DNA of 63,929 nucleotides, counting the filler, from Sphacelaria rigidula (taxonomy: Eukaryota), in NCBI GenBank assembly GCA_964200075.2. It is 11 parts of 11 records of this genome, joined end to end, with 100 filler letters (N's around TTAATTAATTAA, not from the genome) between each part and the next. Parts side by side here need not be neighbours in the genome. Positions count along the whole stretch, not along the records: positions 34,927 to 40,647 come from CAXNAA020024979.1; positions 40,748 to 46,468 come from CAXNAA020024980.1; positions 46,569 to 52,289 come from CAXNAA020024981.1; 8 more parts are not named here. One strand, written 5' to 3'. Made by a program: the position numbers and the translations under genes. Positions 38,301 through 50,611 of the stretch are shown piece after piece. Below the pieces are notes generated by a model. That model was not told where the DNA came from, searched no databases, and worked only from the letters and a program-made list of their open reading frames with translations. Each line of letters starts with the position of its first letter. The first letter of the stretch is position 1.

Positions 38301-40006
38301 ATGAACACCTAAAATACCAAATCGGAGAGGATTCTCAGATCCGTTTTCCGAAAATACAAAATTCGTGACAACAGGGTCCGAGAAGGTGATGCGCTACTTT
38401 CGCGCTGCTTGGCGTGCTTGGCGTCAAGCGCCGTAGGGAGCAAATATGGGAAAAGGAGCCAAATGAGCTAGCTCACGATCCGGATCAATACACTAACAAG
38501 AAGTAATATTCAGGTAGTTCATGAGCTGTCCGACATGTGCAATTGTATGCATATAGTGTTGATGAGCGTGAACATCCAACATGAATCTCGGGGCGCTGTA
38601 CGTATCTGAATATTTGAGAGTATGAATGATGACCCGAGTGGACAAGGGATGTATAATTGTTTTTGGTATCATTTTTTCAACTAAAGAAATATTATGGTTG
38701 TGCCCAATGTTGTCTTTCCGCTAATCCACCAACTCAACTCACTCATATGCCCACCGTCCTTCGACTGCTGTTGGTGACGGGTCGCGGGACTTTTTTCGTT
38801 ACCGTCCGTCCAGGCGAAACTGTTGATGTTTATCGTGCCGAGCTGCAGAGGGGAGCCGGATGGCCGTAAGTGCCGCGAGCTCTACGATCTGCTGCTAGAC
38901 TTCATCACCAACCGAACAATAGTGCTGCCGACGCTCTGCGCCGATCTTCCCGGCCTATCGTCGTCGTCTGGATCTTGTGGTGTTGATGTGGACGCGCCGC
39001 TGCCTGAACCGGCGTCGGCCGACGAGGAAGCCGAGGCAAGTTCCGTGTGTTTGTTTCCCACGTTGGTGGGACGGAAGTTTATTTTTGCACTTTTTTTTTC
39101 TCTCACCGAGGGTTCAATCCTTGCTCGTACAAAAATATCCTGCGTGGATTTGATACCTGAGCTCCTCGTCATCAGTAGAGCCATGGTTTGTACGTGCTCG
39201 TTCTTCTTGATTGATTCTCAGCCCCTTGTGTTGATGACAATGTACGATAATCTTTGACAATCAAATAAATTTGTGCTACTGTATACTCTCAACGAGCAAA
39301 TGAGTGTAACCAAAAGAGTCGATCGCTGTGTCGTGTGCTCCTGGTGCATGGTGAAAGCCTTGGCTATGGTCTACAAGAAGTTTGAAGTCACGGCGGGTGC
39401 TGCTCGTCTTCAATTTCACCCCAACCCCTGTTTCTCTCTCCCTCAACCCCCTTCGCGTGGACCTGCTCGTACATGACACAATCGAACTGGGGGAGAGCAG
39501 GCGGCAGCTGCGGGACGAGGTCTTTTTGAAGCTGTTGTCGCCGACTCCAGCAGCGGCAACAAGCAGAACTACGACCAGGAGGGCGAAACTGCAGCCGTTG
39601 TGCCGATCCTGGTGTGGCTCATGCGCCTTATCGTGCAGCCCAGGGTCACCGCTTCCGACAGCCACCTGTCCGGCCTGCTGTCCCTCGCCCGGGTGCTCAT
39701 TCGCCGGCTCGGCCCTCGTGGCCGACAGGAGGTGGGTCTACGGGGCTTGCTAAGCATACCTGTTGGTGGTGGGGGTGATGTTTCTGGCGCGGTGGCTGAA
39801 GGCGTCGTAGAAGGGCCGGGGAGGTCTCCGACCGTGGTGGCGGCGGCGGGAAATCGCGGCGCGGTGGGAGAAGGGGACGTAACAGGAGAGGCCGTCGACA
39901 TCGCTGTTGGCAGGAAAATGGGGCTGTTGTATTATGTTTACTACGACTGCTTGTTCGAGATCGCTACGAGCGAAAATCATGGGCCGCTGGCGCCACCGAA
40001 GTGCAG
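35344..40006 (+). CDS. Large ubiquitin-specific protease (USP9/24/34-type), internal exons upstream of the catalytic domain
   Basis: Exons 35344-35517, 38814-39035 (GC donor) and 39501(or 39579)-40006, ending LLYYVYYDCLFEIATSENHGPLAPPKCR, which resembles the LF...PKCK..SR pre-catalytic motif of this family. Phases are consistent. Confidence 0.7.
37368..37667 (+). mobile_element. tRNA-related SINE, family 2, with an A-tail
   Basis: Degenerate A and B boxes, a GGGTTTTTTCTTGG run, and a tail ...CCCGAGGAAGGCGAGGGGTTCAAAGTG followed by A8. Homologous to 51491-51811 (-) and 49990-50142 (-). Confidence 0.8.
38181..38278. mobile_element. 98-bp piggyBac-like MITE with TTAA TSD
   Basis: TTAA|CCCT...AGGG|TTAA. 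A reverse-oriented copy lies at 45769-45867, and relatives at 45452-45573 and ~24185-24262. Confidence 0.8.
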
Positions 40007-40369
40007 GTGGGTTGTGATTGATTGATTAATTGGTTGTCGTACTTTGACTGACCACCCATGAGTCCAGCCGTGGTCGCATAACAGACGTACCCAAGTAAAG
40101 CAAAACTGAAAACACTCGTTCAAGAAAATGAAGAAGCAGAAAAAGTTCGAACAGAACGACATAGCAGACTGAGACGTGAAGAAAAAATGAAAAAGGAAAA
40201 AAGTCAACAAAAGCAAAGTACACAAGGAGAGTTGAAGATGTGTATTTGTCGCGAGGAGCCTCTGAGAGTTTGTACCCGGGGATGGAGATAGGGCGGAGGA
40301 AAGGGTTATCAGTAGGTATGTTGACGGGGGAGGGGGGCGTACTCATTTGTTGCTTGCCGTGGGGGGTGC

Positions 40370-40647
40370 GGGGTGTACTTTGCTATGCATGTCATCGTCA
40401 TCAAACCAATGACCTCGCATCCCTACAAAGCCAGAACGGAGCACGCCGGGGCTTCGCCGGACCAGGTTTGCACTGAAACCACCAAGGGCGAAGCTCCGTG
40501 GTGTGTTCGGCAAGCCAGCCGCATGACGGGTGAGCTACATCCTGCTAAGATTGTTCGGTCCGAAGCCTACTGATAATTTTGCATTCGGATGACGGCCAAC
40601 AATGAGTTGCTTTATTTTGTGGTATCGCCACTTCCAGAGACAGCCGC
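40370..40647 (+). repeat. Longest copy of G-run-anchored repeat subfamily D
   Basis: Consensus GGGTGTACTCATGATCATGCATGCC...CCATTGACCTCGCATCCC...GCACGCCGGG. Other copies lie at 6399-6500 (+), 34927-35083 (-) and 58037-58109 (+). Confidence 0.85.
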
Positions 40648-42134
40648 NNNNNNNNNNNNNNNNNNNNNNNNNNNNNNNNNNNNNNNNNNNNTTAATTAAT
40701 TAANNNNNNNNNNNNNNNNNNNNNNNNNNNNNNNNNNNNNNNNNNNNATACCCCTTGGACCAACGATCAACTTTTTTTCTCCCTTTTGGGTAATCAGGCC
40801 GAAGAAATCGTGGATTTGGTGATTTTTAGTCGTGGTGATTTGTCCTAGCCGTGAAATCATTGCTTCGCGCAAGTGATCTATGCTGTAGCACAGACCATGC
40901 ATAACTACATCAAGAACAGATAGTTCGCGGCGCTGATTGCCGGTGGGTGGGTCACCGACAGCTTCTCGCACACAAGGAGGACCGTAAAACGAAGTCTAGT
41001 GCAATACGGCGCTAAATGCTGACGCCGTGCTGTCTCATTCTGGGGTCGGAAGTTTCCGACGCAGATAATTGCCGGTGCAAGGCATACATATGTCGTGTGT
41101 ACCAAAAGTGGAAAGCGGGACGCAGACTCTGATTTTGCCCCCCGAATCGTAGACGAAACAAGCTAAAAATGTGACCAAAGTCTGACAACGCGTCCACTGA
41201 GCCAACACATAGTCGAGATCATGTACTAAGCTCGTCTGCGAGAACTTCTCCTCATCCTTGTATGCTGCACGGGGACAGCTGCTGCCCGGGCACCCAACGT
41301 TCCGGTATTTTTCATCTTCACTTCCACCTATCGTTTATACCCGTCCACGCGATTTATACTGGAATGGGTGTATAATAATGCCTGCACTCGCCCACACACG
41401 GGCTTTCCATAATGTAAATATATATTGGAATTATAATAATAGTTCATACCTTAATCCTGGAGGAGTTTACGTGTATTTGTTTTATATGCAAGAAGGACAT
41501 TTGAAGAGAGCATCTTTTCTCACGGGGGCTTGGCAAGGCAAGAATACCGAGACCCTCGAAAAAGACGGAGGGGACCGGGGCGCAGCCCCGTGTCCCGTGC
41601 AGCTTGTATATATATATATATAATATTCTCAACTCATGGTATTTGGTACTCCTTGTCATGATTTCCCCTTTTTCGGGGCATGTTTTTTTTTTTTTTTTTC
41701 CCAGGGAAAAGGAACAATGATCAATCGAGAAAAGCGTACCTATTTTTTGGGTCATTCGAACAACGGTGCTTGTTGCCATGAAAAATGAAGTCCCGACAAC
41801 ATAGAAGCGTTTGCTAAGCTCCGATAATCTGGTGCGACACCCACCTCGTCGCTATCGGAGGACCACGGCCCCCACAAGGATTATTGGAGGGAAACCAATA
41901 CAAGTCACGTGCAAAAGTACACACCCTGAATAACAGATCACGTTACCAGAAAGTGCACTGCGCGCAGCATCGACTACTACGCCCATTGCAATAGGCGATA
42001 GATTCCATACTGCACGCAGTATACTCTTGTCCAATGTAATTTCTTGTCCAATGTGTGCTGAGGTAGGTACCTGTTGAGGATATTTGACCGAGACTCAAAA
42101 ACCTGAAACTTCAAGCTAAAGGAGCGAAAATCGC

Positions 42135-42420
42135 CCACTATTCGAAGCCCTCTTTTGTCTACAGCAGTTTGACTCTCTCTTATTTTGTTTCAACTGTAGA
42201 GATGAATAAAAAAAAGGTGAGTCTCTTCCACTCGAAGCTCTTTCTTACCGCAGTTCTACTTTCTGTCGGGGTTTTTTTTTCAGGGTACAGATGGAAAAAA
42301 GGTGAGTCTCTCCCGCTCGAAGCTCTTTTTTACTCCAGTTGTACTTACTGTCGGGTTTTTTTCAGGGTACGGATAAAAAAAGGCGGGTGTTTCCATTCGA
42401 AGCCTTCTCTATCGTAGATC
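42135..42420. repeat. Minisatellite, ~3.5 copies of an ~83-90-bp unit
   Basis: Recurring TCGAAGC(C/T)CT...CAGTT...GAT..AAAAAAGG(T/C)G(A/G)GT. Confidence 0.8.
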
Positions 42421-42718
42421 CACTCTTCATTGTTTTCTGCAAGGCGGAGATCAAATTGGTGGGTCTTCGGTTTCATTCTGAAAATATCTGACTATTACTC
42501 CGTGGAGGGGGGGGAGGGGAGTAACGGCACGGCGGCAAAGCGCACGCAAAAAAAAAAAAAGAGGAGAAAATACCTGGAATATGACAACAACGATAACAAA
42601 AATGCACGCAAATACACGAGTACAATGGTAACTCAGCCTGCGACCACGGAAGTCGTCCGATTCAGATGCCCAGTACGGAATTCTATGCAGATATAAGGAC
42701 GGTTTTTAACGTAAAGCC

Positions 42719-42756
<38 letters not shown>

Positions 42757-42883
42757 CGAAGATAAGACAAAAACAAGAGAGGAAGGGGGAGCACACAAAA
42801 AAACGAGGGGGGATAGTCAAAATTTTGAGTACTACGATGCATGTCAAAGTCCACAATAACGCCCATGTAGAGTATATACATAC

Positions 42884-42975
42884 CTTGCCCCCCTCGAACG
42901 GTCCCTCCTCATCCCGCTCGTCCTCCTCGTCCAGAAAGGCTCCAGTGTCACCCCGACTCCCACTCCCACCCGCCC
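42884..42975 (-). CDS. Probable orphan exon (AGGSGSRGDTGAFLDEEDERDEEGPFEGGK)
   Basis: CAG acceptor at 42976-42978, GTATGT donor at 42878-42883, and an acidic low-complexity peptide. Confidence 0.45.
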
Positions 42976-43371
42976 CTGACCCCGACCCGCCCCCCACACC
43001 CAAAACGCCATCGGAATGAGGTGCAACTCCCTGCGGCGATTTATCCAGATATTGTTGCGTTGTCCTTCATGTTGGATAATAATCAGATGTTGAGCAGTAC
43101 GACAAGGAGGGGAGACGAAAAAAAAACGAAAAACAGGACGCTTGGAGAAGGACAATTAATAGGATGTGAATACAAAAAAAATGGAGAAAAATAAGGCGGA
43201 GGGAGGGGGGGGGTACTCATTTGTTGCTTGTCTTATGATGGACGTTTGATCATCGACCATGCATCCCTTTCGAGACTGAGTACCGTTCCTACGGGGGGAG
43301 GGGGGAAGGGGGAGGTAGATATGCTTGATCGATTGATTCGTGTGCATATGCACAGGCACAAAAAAAATTAC

Positions 43372-43598
43372 TAGAGCCAAAGCTCTTTAGGGTATGGCGA
43401 CGCGTGTACTGTGCCAAGTTGATAAGGGGTTTTAGTGGGAGCATCTCCCACACTGCCTTGAGACACCGCTCGAGGCGCCTACCCCAACATTCGACTGCCG
43501 CAAGGCAGCCTAGCCTAGCCTCCGGGTGATCGGAACACGGACCCGCTTGCGGGGTAGGTGTTGGGTTGAGTTTTCTCCTTCCGTCAGGAAGACAAGGA
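43372..43598 (+). other. TSD-flanked retroposed structured RNA-like insertion of unknown identity
   Basis: Flanked by AAAAAAAATTAC (43360-43371) / AAAAAAAATGAC (43599-43610). Contains consecutive hairpins with G-U pairs and a GCAA tetraloop. Confidence 0.55.
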
Positions 43599-45451
43599 AA
43601 AAAAAATGACAGAATTCCTCACGTGGTCAATACATGCAAGAGACTAAAAAATACACTGGATGAATTTAATTTTGACCTCTTTATGACCCGACCCGCTCAC
43701 TAATAACTCCGGGCTAGTCAACCCGGATCATCTTCCCGGGCCTGTCACCCTGGGACTGTCATCCTCCAATCCCAGTCTGGGCTCGTCATAACCCCGTCTG
43801 GGCTCCCCGTCCGGGGCCCCGCAACCCGGCCACTCTGAGTTTCCATCCCAAGCCCTGCCTTGCGAAGTCCGTCCCGTTCAAGTCCACGTCGCTGCTCCGC
43901 ACACTCCGTACCCTTTCGCCGAGTGAGAGCTACAACTTACACACACACCGTCCAGGTTAGATACGTCACACCCGCTGTGCGCAGGCCTGTGTCTTATATT
44001 GGCGTCGACGGTAGCGATCTGAGCCATATTAACTCGTCACTCAGTGTCACTTGTCTCTACTTGAAGCCCAGAGCCGCCGGCTGAGTAAAGTAAATACCTA
44101 ATGCAGCTTTTGTCGGCCGACAATAGGTTGCAATAGCCCTCAACTTTGCCCGGTATATTTTTTGTCTATTGCATATTTTGACCATGTAGTGCCATTATCG
44201 ACGGTGTGCAAAGGTTTCATTTGGTGTTGGATATTGTATCGGAAACAGTTTGATAGAACGACAACAAAAACGACACGGATAGCGATAACGATCACGATGA
44301 ATTCCAAACGATACGACAAACGGTACATTTTAACCTGATTAGTGAGGAACTTTTGAACATAGCTGGTGCGGTGTGATGACCCTCTTGGGACCGGGCCTCC
44401 AGAACGACCAACGAGGCTGGTCAGGAATGACGCGTCTGGCGTCCGCACGAAACAGTGGCGTGTTGCTGAAGATCCGCGTATGTAACCACAGGGTTATGAC
44501 GAACACCGAAAGTTTCATACAATCTATTTTCAGGTGCAGGGTGCGCATTAGGTGGTGTACATCTGATGTAGCAAGCAGTATATGTCGTGGTGGAGAGCTT
44601 TCAACAGGATGCGGCGACCGGCGGGCCGCCCGCCACTTGTGGCTCTGGATGATACTGTTGTCCCCATCACCATGCCACACAACCCTTTGTGGTCGGGGTG
44701 GGCCCCCATTTTCGCCTTTGTTGCACGCGGCAAATTCTCTCAGAAGGGTATCAGCGTTGCGGCGCGCATGCATACAACGGTATAGTACAGTACAGTGTAG
44801 TACGCCTCTCCGACTGAAGCGGCAGCTGCCGGTGCATACTCCCTTGCACGTTCTGAGCAACTCTCAGCTACCGAGATCAATTGCCTATATATCGCTTCTT
44901 CATCCCCGCCCACTGCAAGTCATCGGCAGAGGGATGAGCAGCATTCATGACGGTAGCTCCTTTTGTCTTTCAAGGCCCACCCGGGTTTACGAGTAGTGCT
45001 TCGTGAAAATGACTACATTATAGCATGTACACTCCTTTCCAGTTTTTCCGGTCGACCCCGTGTTGCTGCAATTACTACGTTTTGGTATCAAATTGTGACC
45101 CGAAAAAAAAACACCGGAAAACTAGGGAACGCTATACAAAGTGCAAGTAATACCATAAAAACAAGCTGCGACCACCCTGCACTTGGAAACCTAGGGAGGC
45201 TTATCTGGGCCAGGGATAGGGTCCGCACACGATCTATGCAGTGGCATCACACTCGCCAACAGTCCCCGCGCTGGTCGTCCCGGCCTGGTCGATAAATTTC
45301 GCTTCGCCGTGATTGGGCAGGTCGCTCGAAGACTTGTTCTCAATTATTTCATCAACACAGGGTCGATCTTGTCTTAGTGGGGGGTCGGTCCCAAAAGGGT
45401 TAATTCGCTCTCGTGCATTCTGCCATTCGTTCTGGTGTTTTCTGCTCCTGA

Positions 45452-45885
45452 CCCTTTTGGAGCCAACCCATATACAATTCTTGTTTTTGTGAACCAGCAT
45501 CATTTTCAGTCATTTTCAAGTCGAAATGATACCGATTCACAAGAGCAAAAGTTGCCAGTGGGTTCCAAAAGGGTCAACTTCGGGCAAGCATATCCTTCAA
45601 TAAGGAGACATATGCCTGTTCGTCGGTCCTGCTACTTTGGGGCAAAAATTCTCACACCTCTGCTCATCAATTTGTGTCAATTATGCCTCTTTTCAACAGA
45701 TGACCAATGCTCGCGGTCAAACGGTTGGTCTTGAACTAGAGCTCGGAAATGGTTTGTCTAGCCATCAACCCTTGGACCACGAGGAGGGTAGTCCATCTAG
45801 ATTGTGCATACTTTTCAAGTGAAACTGATACCGATTCAGCAGGTGACCTGCTCTCGCCGTCTACGGGTTAACCCTTAGACGACGA
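45452..45885. mobile_element. Cluster of piggyBac-like mini-MITEs
   Basis: 45452-45573 (CCCTTTTGGAGCC / GGTTCCAAAAGGG) and 45769-45867, plus a further terminus CCCTTAGACG that shares the TTAA at 45868-45871. An orphan end CCAAAAGGG|TTAA lies at ~45400. Confidence 0.72.
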
Positions 45886-48615
45886 GCGTCGCCTCGAAAG
45901 CGTTGTACAGGCTGACAGTTCCGAGACATCTGGGGGTTTCCAGAGCTTTGGGGGGGGTGGTTTTTGAGGGTGGGGGGTCTCTCCGCAGAGCACGGGAGAA
46001 GCTCACAGAGTCAACCATGTGAGTTTGGAAGTTCCCCGTGGAAAATTATGAGCCGTGCACGAGGCCCGGGAGACGCGGGATGATCATTCTGACCAATCAC
46101 GGTCGTCAAAATGAGCACTTCTGTTACGGCTGAGGTAGACACCTAGTGGACACATTCGCTGTCTACCCTCATCACTCATTTGGAGCGTGCCAACTCAACC
46201 ATAGATTATTTAACCAAAAAAGTAGGTGTTCGAGCATCTTCGGTACACTGTGTCTGTCTGTTCAGTACTGCCTGAGCGTCGTACTGGCTGCACACCTCCA
46301 TCTGGTATAAAACGTAATGGCGCAACACGCGAGCGGCGGCCACGAGTATCCGACGCACGTAGATGTAGACAAGTACTTCGACGGTGAGGCAACCGCCATC
46401 GCCGAGCAATTGATCTACGGAAGTCAGGGACGTTCGCGGCGGTAGTCATGGTGCGATATCCAAACGCANNNNNNNNNNNNNNNNNNNNNNNNNNNNNNNN
46501 NNNNNNNNNNNNTTAATTAATTAANNNNNNNNNNNNNNNNNNNNNNNNNNNNNNNNNNNNNNNNNNNNCGAAAGTGATGCGTGGTCAATGGTCAAACGAC
46601 TAAGGCAAGCAACAAATGAGTACGCCCCCCGCCCCCCCCCGACCCCCGCGCGCACTTTACTCTTCGACATGTCCTCAAACACTACACACACGACCGGGCT
46701 CTCCTCGACTTGGAGTACATTCCAGCAGCCGGCTGAATCGACACCATGCCCTCTTGAACGCCTACTTACATCCATACAACGGATGGGGATGGGGGACGGG
46801 AGACGGGAGACGGGAGACGGGGACATTGCGCCGTACTGCAACTTGTATAGAACGCCCCTGCGACGAGCGTTTGTGCACAAACCTTATCCGCCTCGACTTC
46901 GATTACGCGGAACACGTCTCCACGAGTACAGACACGCACGCATGCACACACACGACACACACCGACAGAAGCACGGACATAAGAATTCTATGACCGCCCA
47001 GGTGTATGTACCCCATCTGCCAGAAACAAACACCAGCATCACCATCATTTGGAAAATGACGTGGATCCAGGTACCCACCCGCCGGCACTCAGACGGCTAA
47101 ATGGGGAACGTTCTTCCCACTTCTCACGTGTTTATCTGTCTCGAATTGTCAGTTCCCCGTCGTTACAACAGTTCCACAGCCATGGCAATGACACCTCAAA
47201 GCCACGTACGTCCTCTACATATGCCCACTACCTCCCCCCCCCTCCAACTACAGGGGGGTATGCAACATTATCATTACAATGTTTCTCCGCCTCCGATACG
47301 AGGGTTCTCTAACGCCATCAAACATATCATCTCGGCGTCTATACACCAACAACCTCTTAGACGTGTGCGTTGAGAAAACAAACGAAGGCAAACCGCCAGA
47401 TGAGTTATTCTTTCCTCGCCGTGCTGCCCCTGTGACTTCGATGAAGAGTAGTAGTAACAAGAGAGAAATAGAGAGAGAAAGCTATTTACGTTACACACCC
47501 AAGAGAACGAACGAGGGCATCGGGGACTTGGACAAAACAACGAAGTACACACACACGCACACACAAAAGTGCTTACCCTGAGCCACGTGCGGGGGGTCAC
47601 CCCTGCACCCGACCAGCTCGTTCATCGATCATCTTTTTCAACATCATAAAGGCCAACGTATGTGAGTGTATGTGTGTGTGATCGATGAAAACTAAAACCA
47701 ACTGGCCAGACCTTCCTTCTTCGCTTGCAACGACTGCATCGCCTATTGACAACAATTTTCAACGTATACAACCCGCCACCGACCGCGGCAGACATTGAGA
47801 AAAACAAAAAACATCTGTCCAAATATCTCACCAACCATGCGCATCAAAGTTCTCCCGATCACACGGAATGAATCTTCTGTGTGCATGTTTATCCTCATGG
47901 AACTCGAACAACGTTCGAGCTACCTGTAGTTGGGGCCAGAGTGGAGCACATGCAAAGCAAGGGCTAGTCTTTGCCACATATGGATTCGGGAGAAAACACA
48001 AGCGTCGTGTGCCCCCCCTCCCTCTTCCCCCCGCCCCGAAAACAAAAAAGATAAAAGAGACAAATGGATCACGAAAACAAAAGTCTGTTCCGCAGAACGA
48101 CACTCACGTTTTGAAAAGATATGCGTTCCGAAAAAATGTTGCGGTCGCGGATCACTCAATAGACGGACATCAACAATGACACACGGCCGAAGAGTAAAAA
48201 CAAATCTCTGCCCGAACCCCAACACCGACAATCATACCCCGATAACGTTGGGACATTATTGTCAAACGTTAAGCCGAAAACATTTTTTTCTCCTGTGACT
48301 CAGAGTTTTTTCCCCCCCCCCCAAAAAACGCGCACGCATCAACATTTTTTTCATGCAAAGCCAGAGCCCGTTTTTGTTCAAACTGTTATTTTCTTCCTTC
48401 CTGATTTGATTCAGCAATAAAAAAAGAAACTCGGGAAACAAGGGGGGGGAGGCAAAAAAAAATAAATGGAAATTTTGACCTCTATATACATACACATATG
48501 GTAGAGAAAAATCCGAACATCTCGATTTTTGTTCTTTCCAATGAATTAACGTCCGACAGCTTTTTTCCCTTCATTTTTTTCGAATCGCAAATTCGAAAAG
48601 AAAGAAAATAAGTAT

Positions 48616-50554
48616 CTAGTCATCTCGCCGCCACGCGGGGAGGCGACGTGCCCGACCCCCGGTGCTTGGCGGCATCGCATGACCGTACCCACCACTCCCC
48701 CCACCACGGTACGCCCCGCTGCCTCTACTCGCGCCCCCATCGTTAACGCCGCCGCCGCTCCCCCCGTGTCGAGCGTCTTCGTAAATGGCATATCGGATAT
48801 TGTCGACGTCGTCGGACGCTTCGTCATCGGATAGGGCAAGCTCCACGTGGCCTACACATACATAGAAAGAGGGGGAAGATGAAACGAAGGAGGAAAACAC
48901 AGGACGATGAGATATGGATATTAATTGGAACAAAAGGAACAAACGGACCAAAGGGGGAAAAAAAAGTAGAAAAAAATCGTGAGGTCCATATGTAAAAGGG
49001 AACAAAATATATTAGAGTACAATAGCGATAGGATAAAAACCCTCCCCTCTTTTGTTTCGTTGGCCAATGGTTAAACAACGAAGGCAAGCAACAAATGAGT
49101 ACAAGATACGTCCCATCCTCCCCAGAAAGTGACGACTTGAATGGAGGAAATATACGAGAAGTGAGAGGTCATGAATCAACCACGTGGCACACCAGCGACA
49201 AAAAACAAAGACAAAACGCAACGAACAGCAACCGACACACATAGATGAACACACACACACAAACGTATGAAGTGGAATATGATATTATTGCTGCAACACA
49301 CACAGCGTTCCCCAGCACAAACGCAACATACAAAAACATACAACGAAACGCCCATGGTACAGTTCATTACGGTCAGCATTAGATATATACCAACCGAAAC
49401 CTCGTCACCCGGGGGAGGGGAGGAGGTTGATCCAGGGGGGTGAGAGGGGGTGGTATACAACGTACGCGTGGCAAACCCCCTTGTCCTCTACCATTAACAT
49501 CCCTCTGCACGCCACGATCGACCATGCGGCAAACACACGAGGTGTAAGCAAAGGGGCCCTCGACTAAGAGTAGCATATCACGCGGACCATAATCCATAAT
49601 TAAAATTCGCAAAACACTCACACATGGCACGCTTGCTGTTGCCGTTGTTTTTCGCCGCCCCTCCAACCGCCCACGGATCCTCCACCAACTTCGCCGCCCC
49701 CCTCGTGTGCCTAGTGCTCATGCGATTTTCCACTGGACCCCAAGAGCAGACCAGGTGGTGTGTTTGGCGCACAAGGCAGGTGTGTAGCGCAGGGAGACAA
49801 AACAAAGGATAGGATGGCAGCGTAAAAACCGAGCCATGAGAAGAAAAAAGAAGAGAGGGTGACCGTCTTACAAGGTCGGTGCGTATCAGGGCCCACGTTC
49901 CTATCTTCGACACTTCAAGAACAAAATAATGGTTGGTGATTAGAAGAGGAACAAAAAATAAATTGACGGGACGAAAGGTTGGAAGCATGCCGAACTCATG
50001 TCTAACAAGCTCAGTCGACTACTTCGTTGATTCACATTATCACGCTTTCCACGGTGGAAATCAGATACTACGGATGAAAAAAACCCAACGCATCGGGAAT
50101 CGAACCCTGGCTATTTCCCCCCTAATGGCGACAGTCGTGCTATATCAATGCTATGATTTTAATGCTCAAAGCATTCGCGCGAAATTATGCTATTTACTGT
50201 GCACTACAACATTTGCTTTCTTGTATGATAAAACGACAGACAAAACTGTTGGCGGGAAGAGAAGGAGAAAAAACGCCGCCGCCAAAACTTACCCTCTTTG
50301 CCGCCCTCAAGGCGACTCTTCGATCTCCGCAATTCTTCGTTCACCTCCGCCAGTAATCGTTCCCGAGTCTACATAACACGATGAGGCCAAGAAAAACCCA
50401 ACAACGCGGGTAGAACGACACGCACACGAACACAAACAAACGGGCACAAGGGCGAGCGTGGTCACAATGTAAGCTCATTATTTATAATTATTATTATTAT
50501 CATTACTATTACTATTACTATTACTATTACTATTACTATTACTATTACTATTAC

Positions 50555-50611
<57 letters not shown>

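Noticed and set aside
40370..40530. U1 snRNA or HDV-like ribozyme in repeat family D (TTGCAC loop, ACCTCGC)
   Set aside because: There is no ACTTACCTG 5' end or Sm-site layout, and HDV P1, P3 and P1.1 pairings could not be built.
43390..43560. SRP RNA
   Set aside because: It has UGUA and a GNRA hairpin but lacks the helix-8 AGG...AGCAG motif.
45872..45910. Penelope-type minimal hammerhead (GACGAG...CTCGAAA)
   Set aside because: The CUGANGA core is absent and the sequence is a piggyBac-like terminus.
46296..46414. Possible minus-strand exon (...RRILVAAARVLRHYVLYQME|GTGTGC)
   Set aside because: The reading frame is ambiguous and no homology was recognised.
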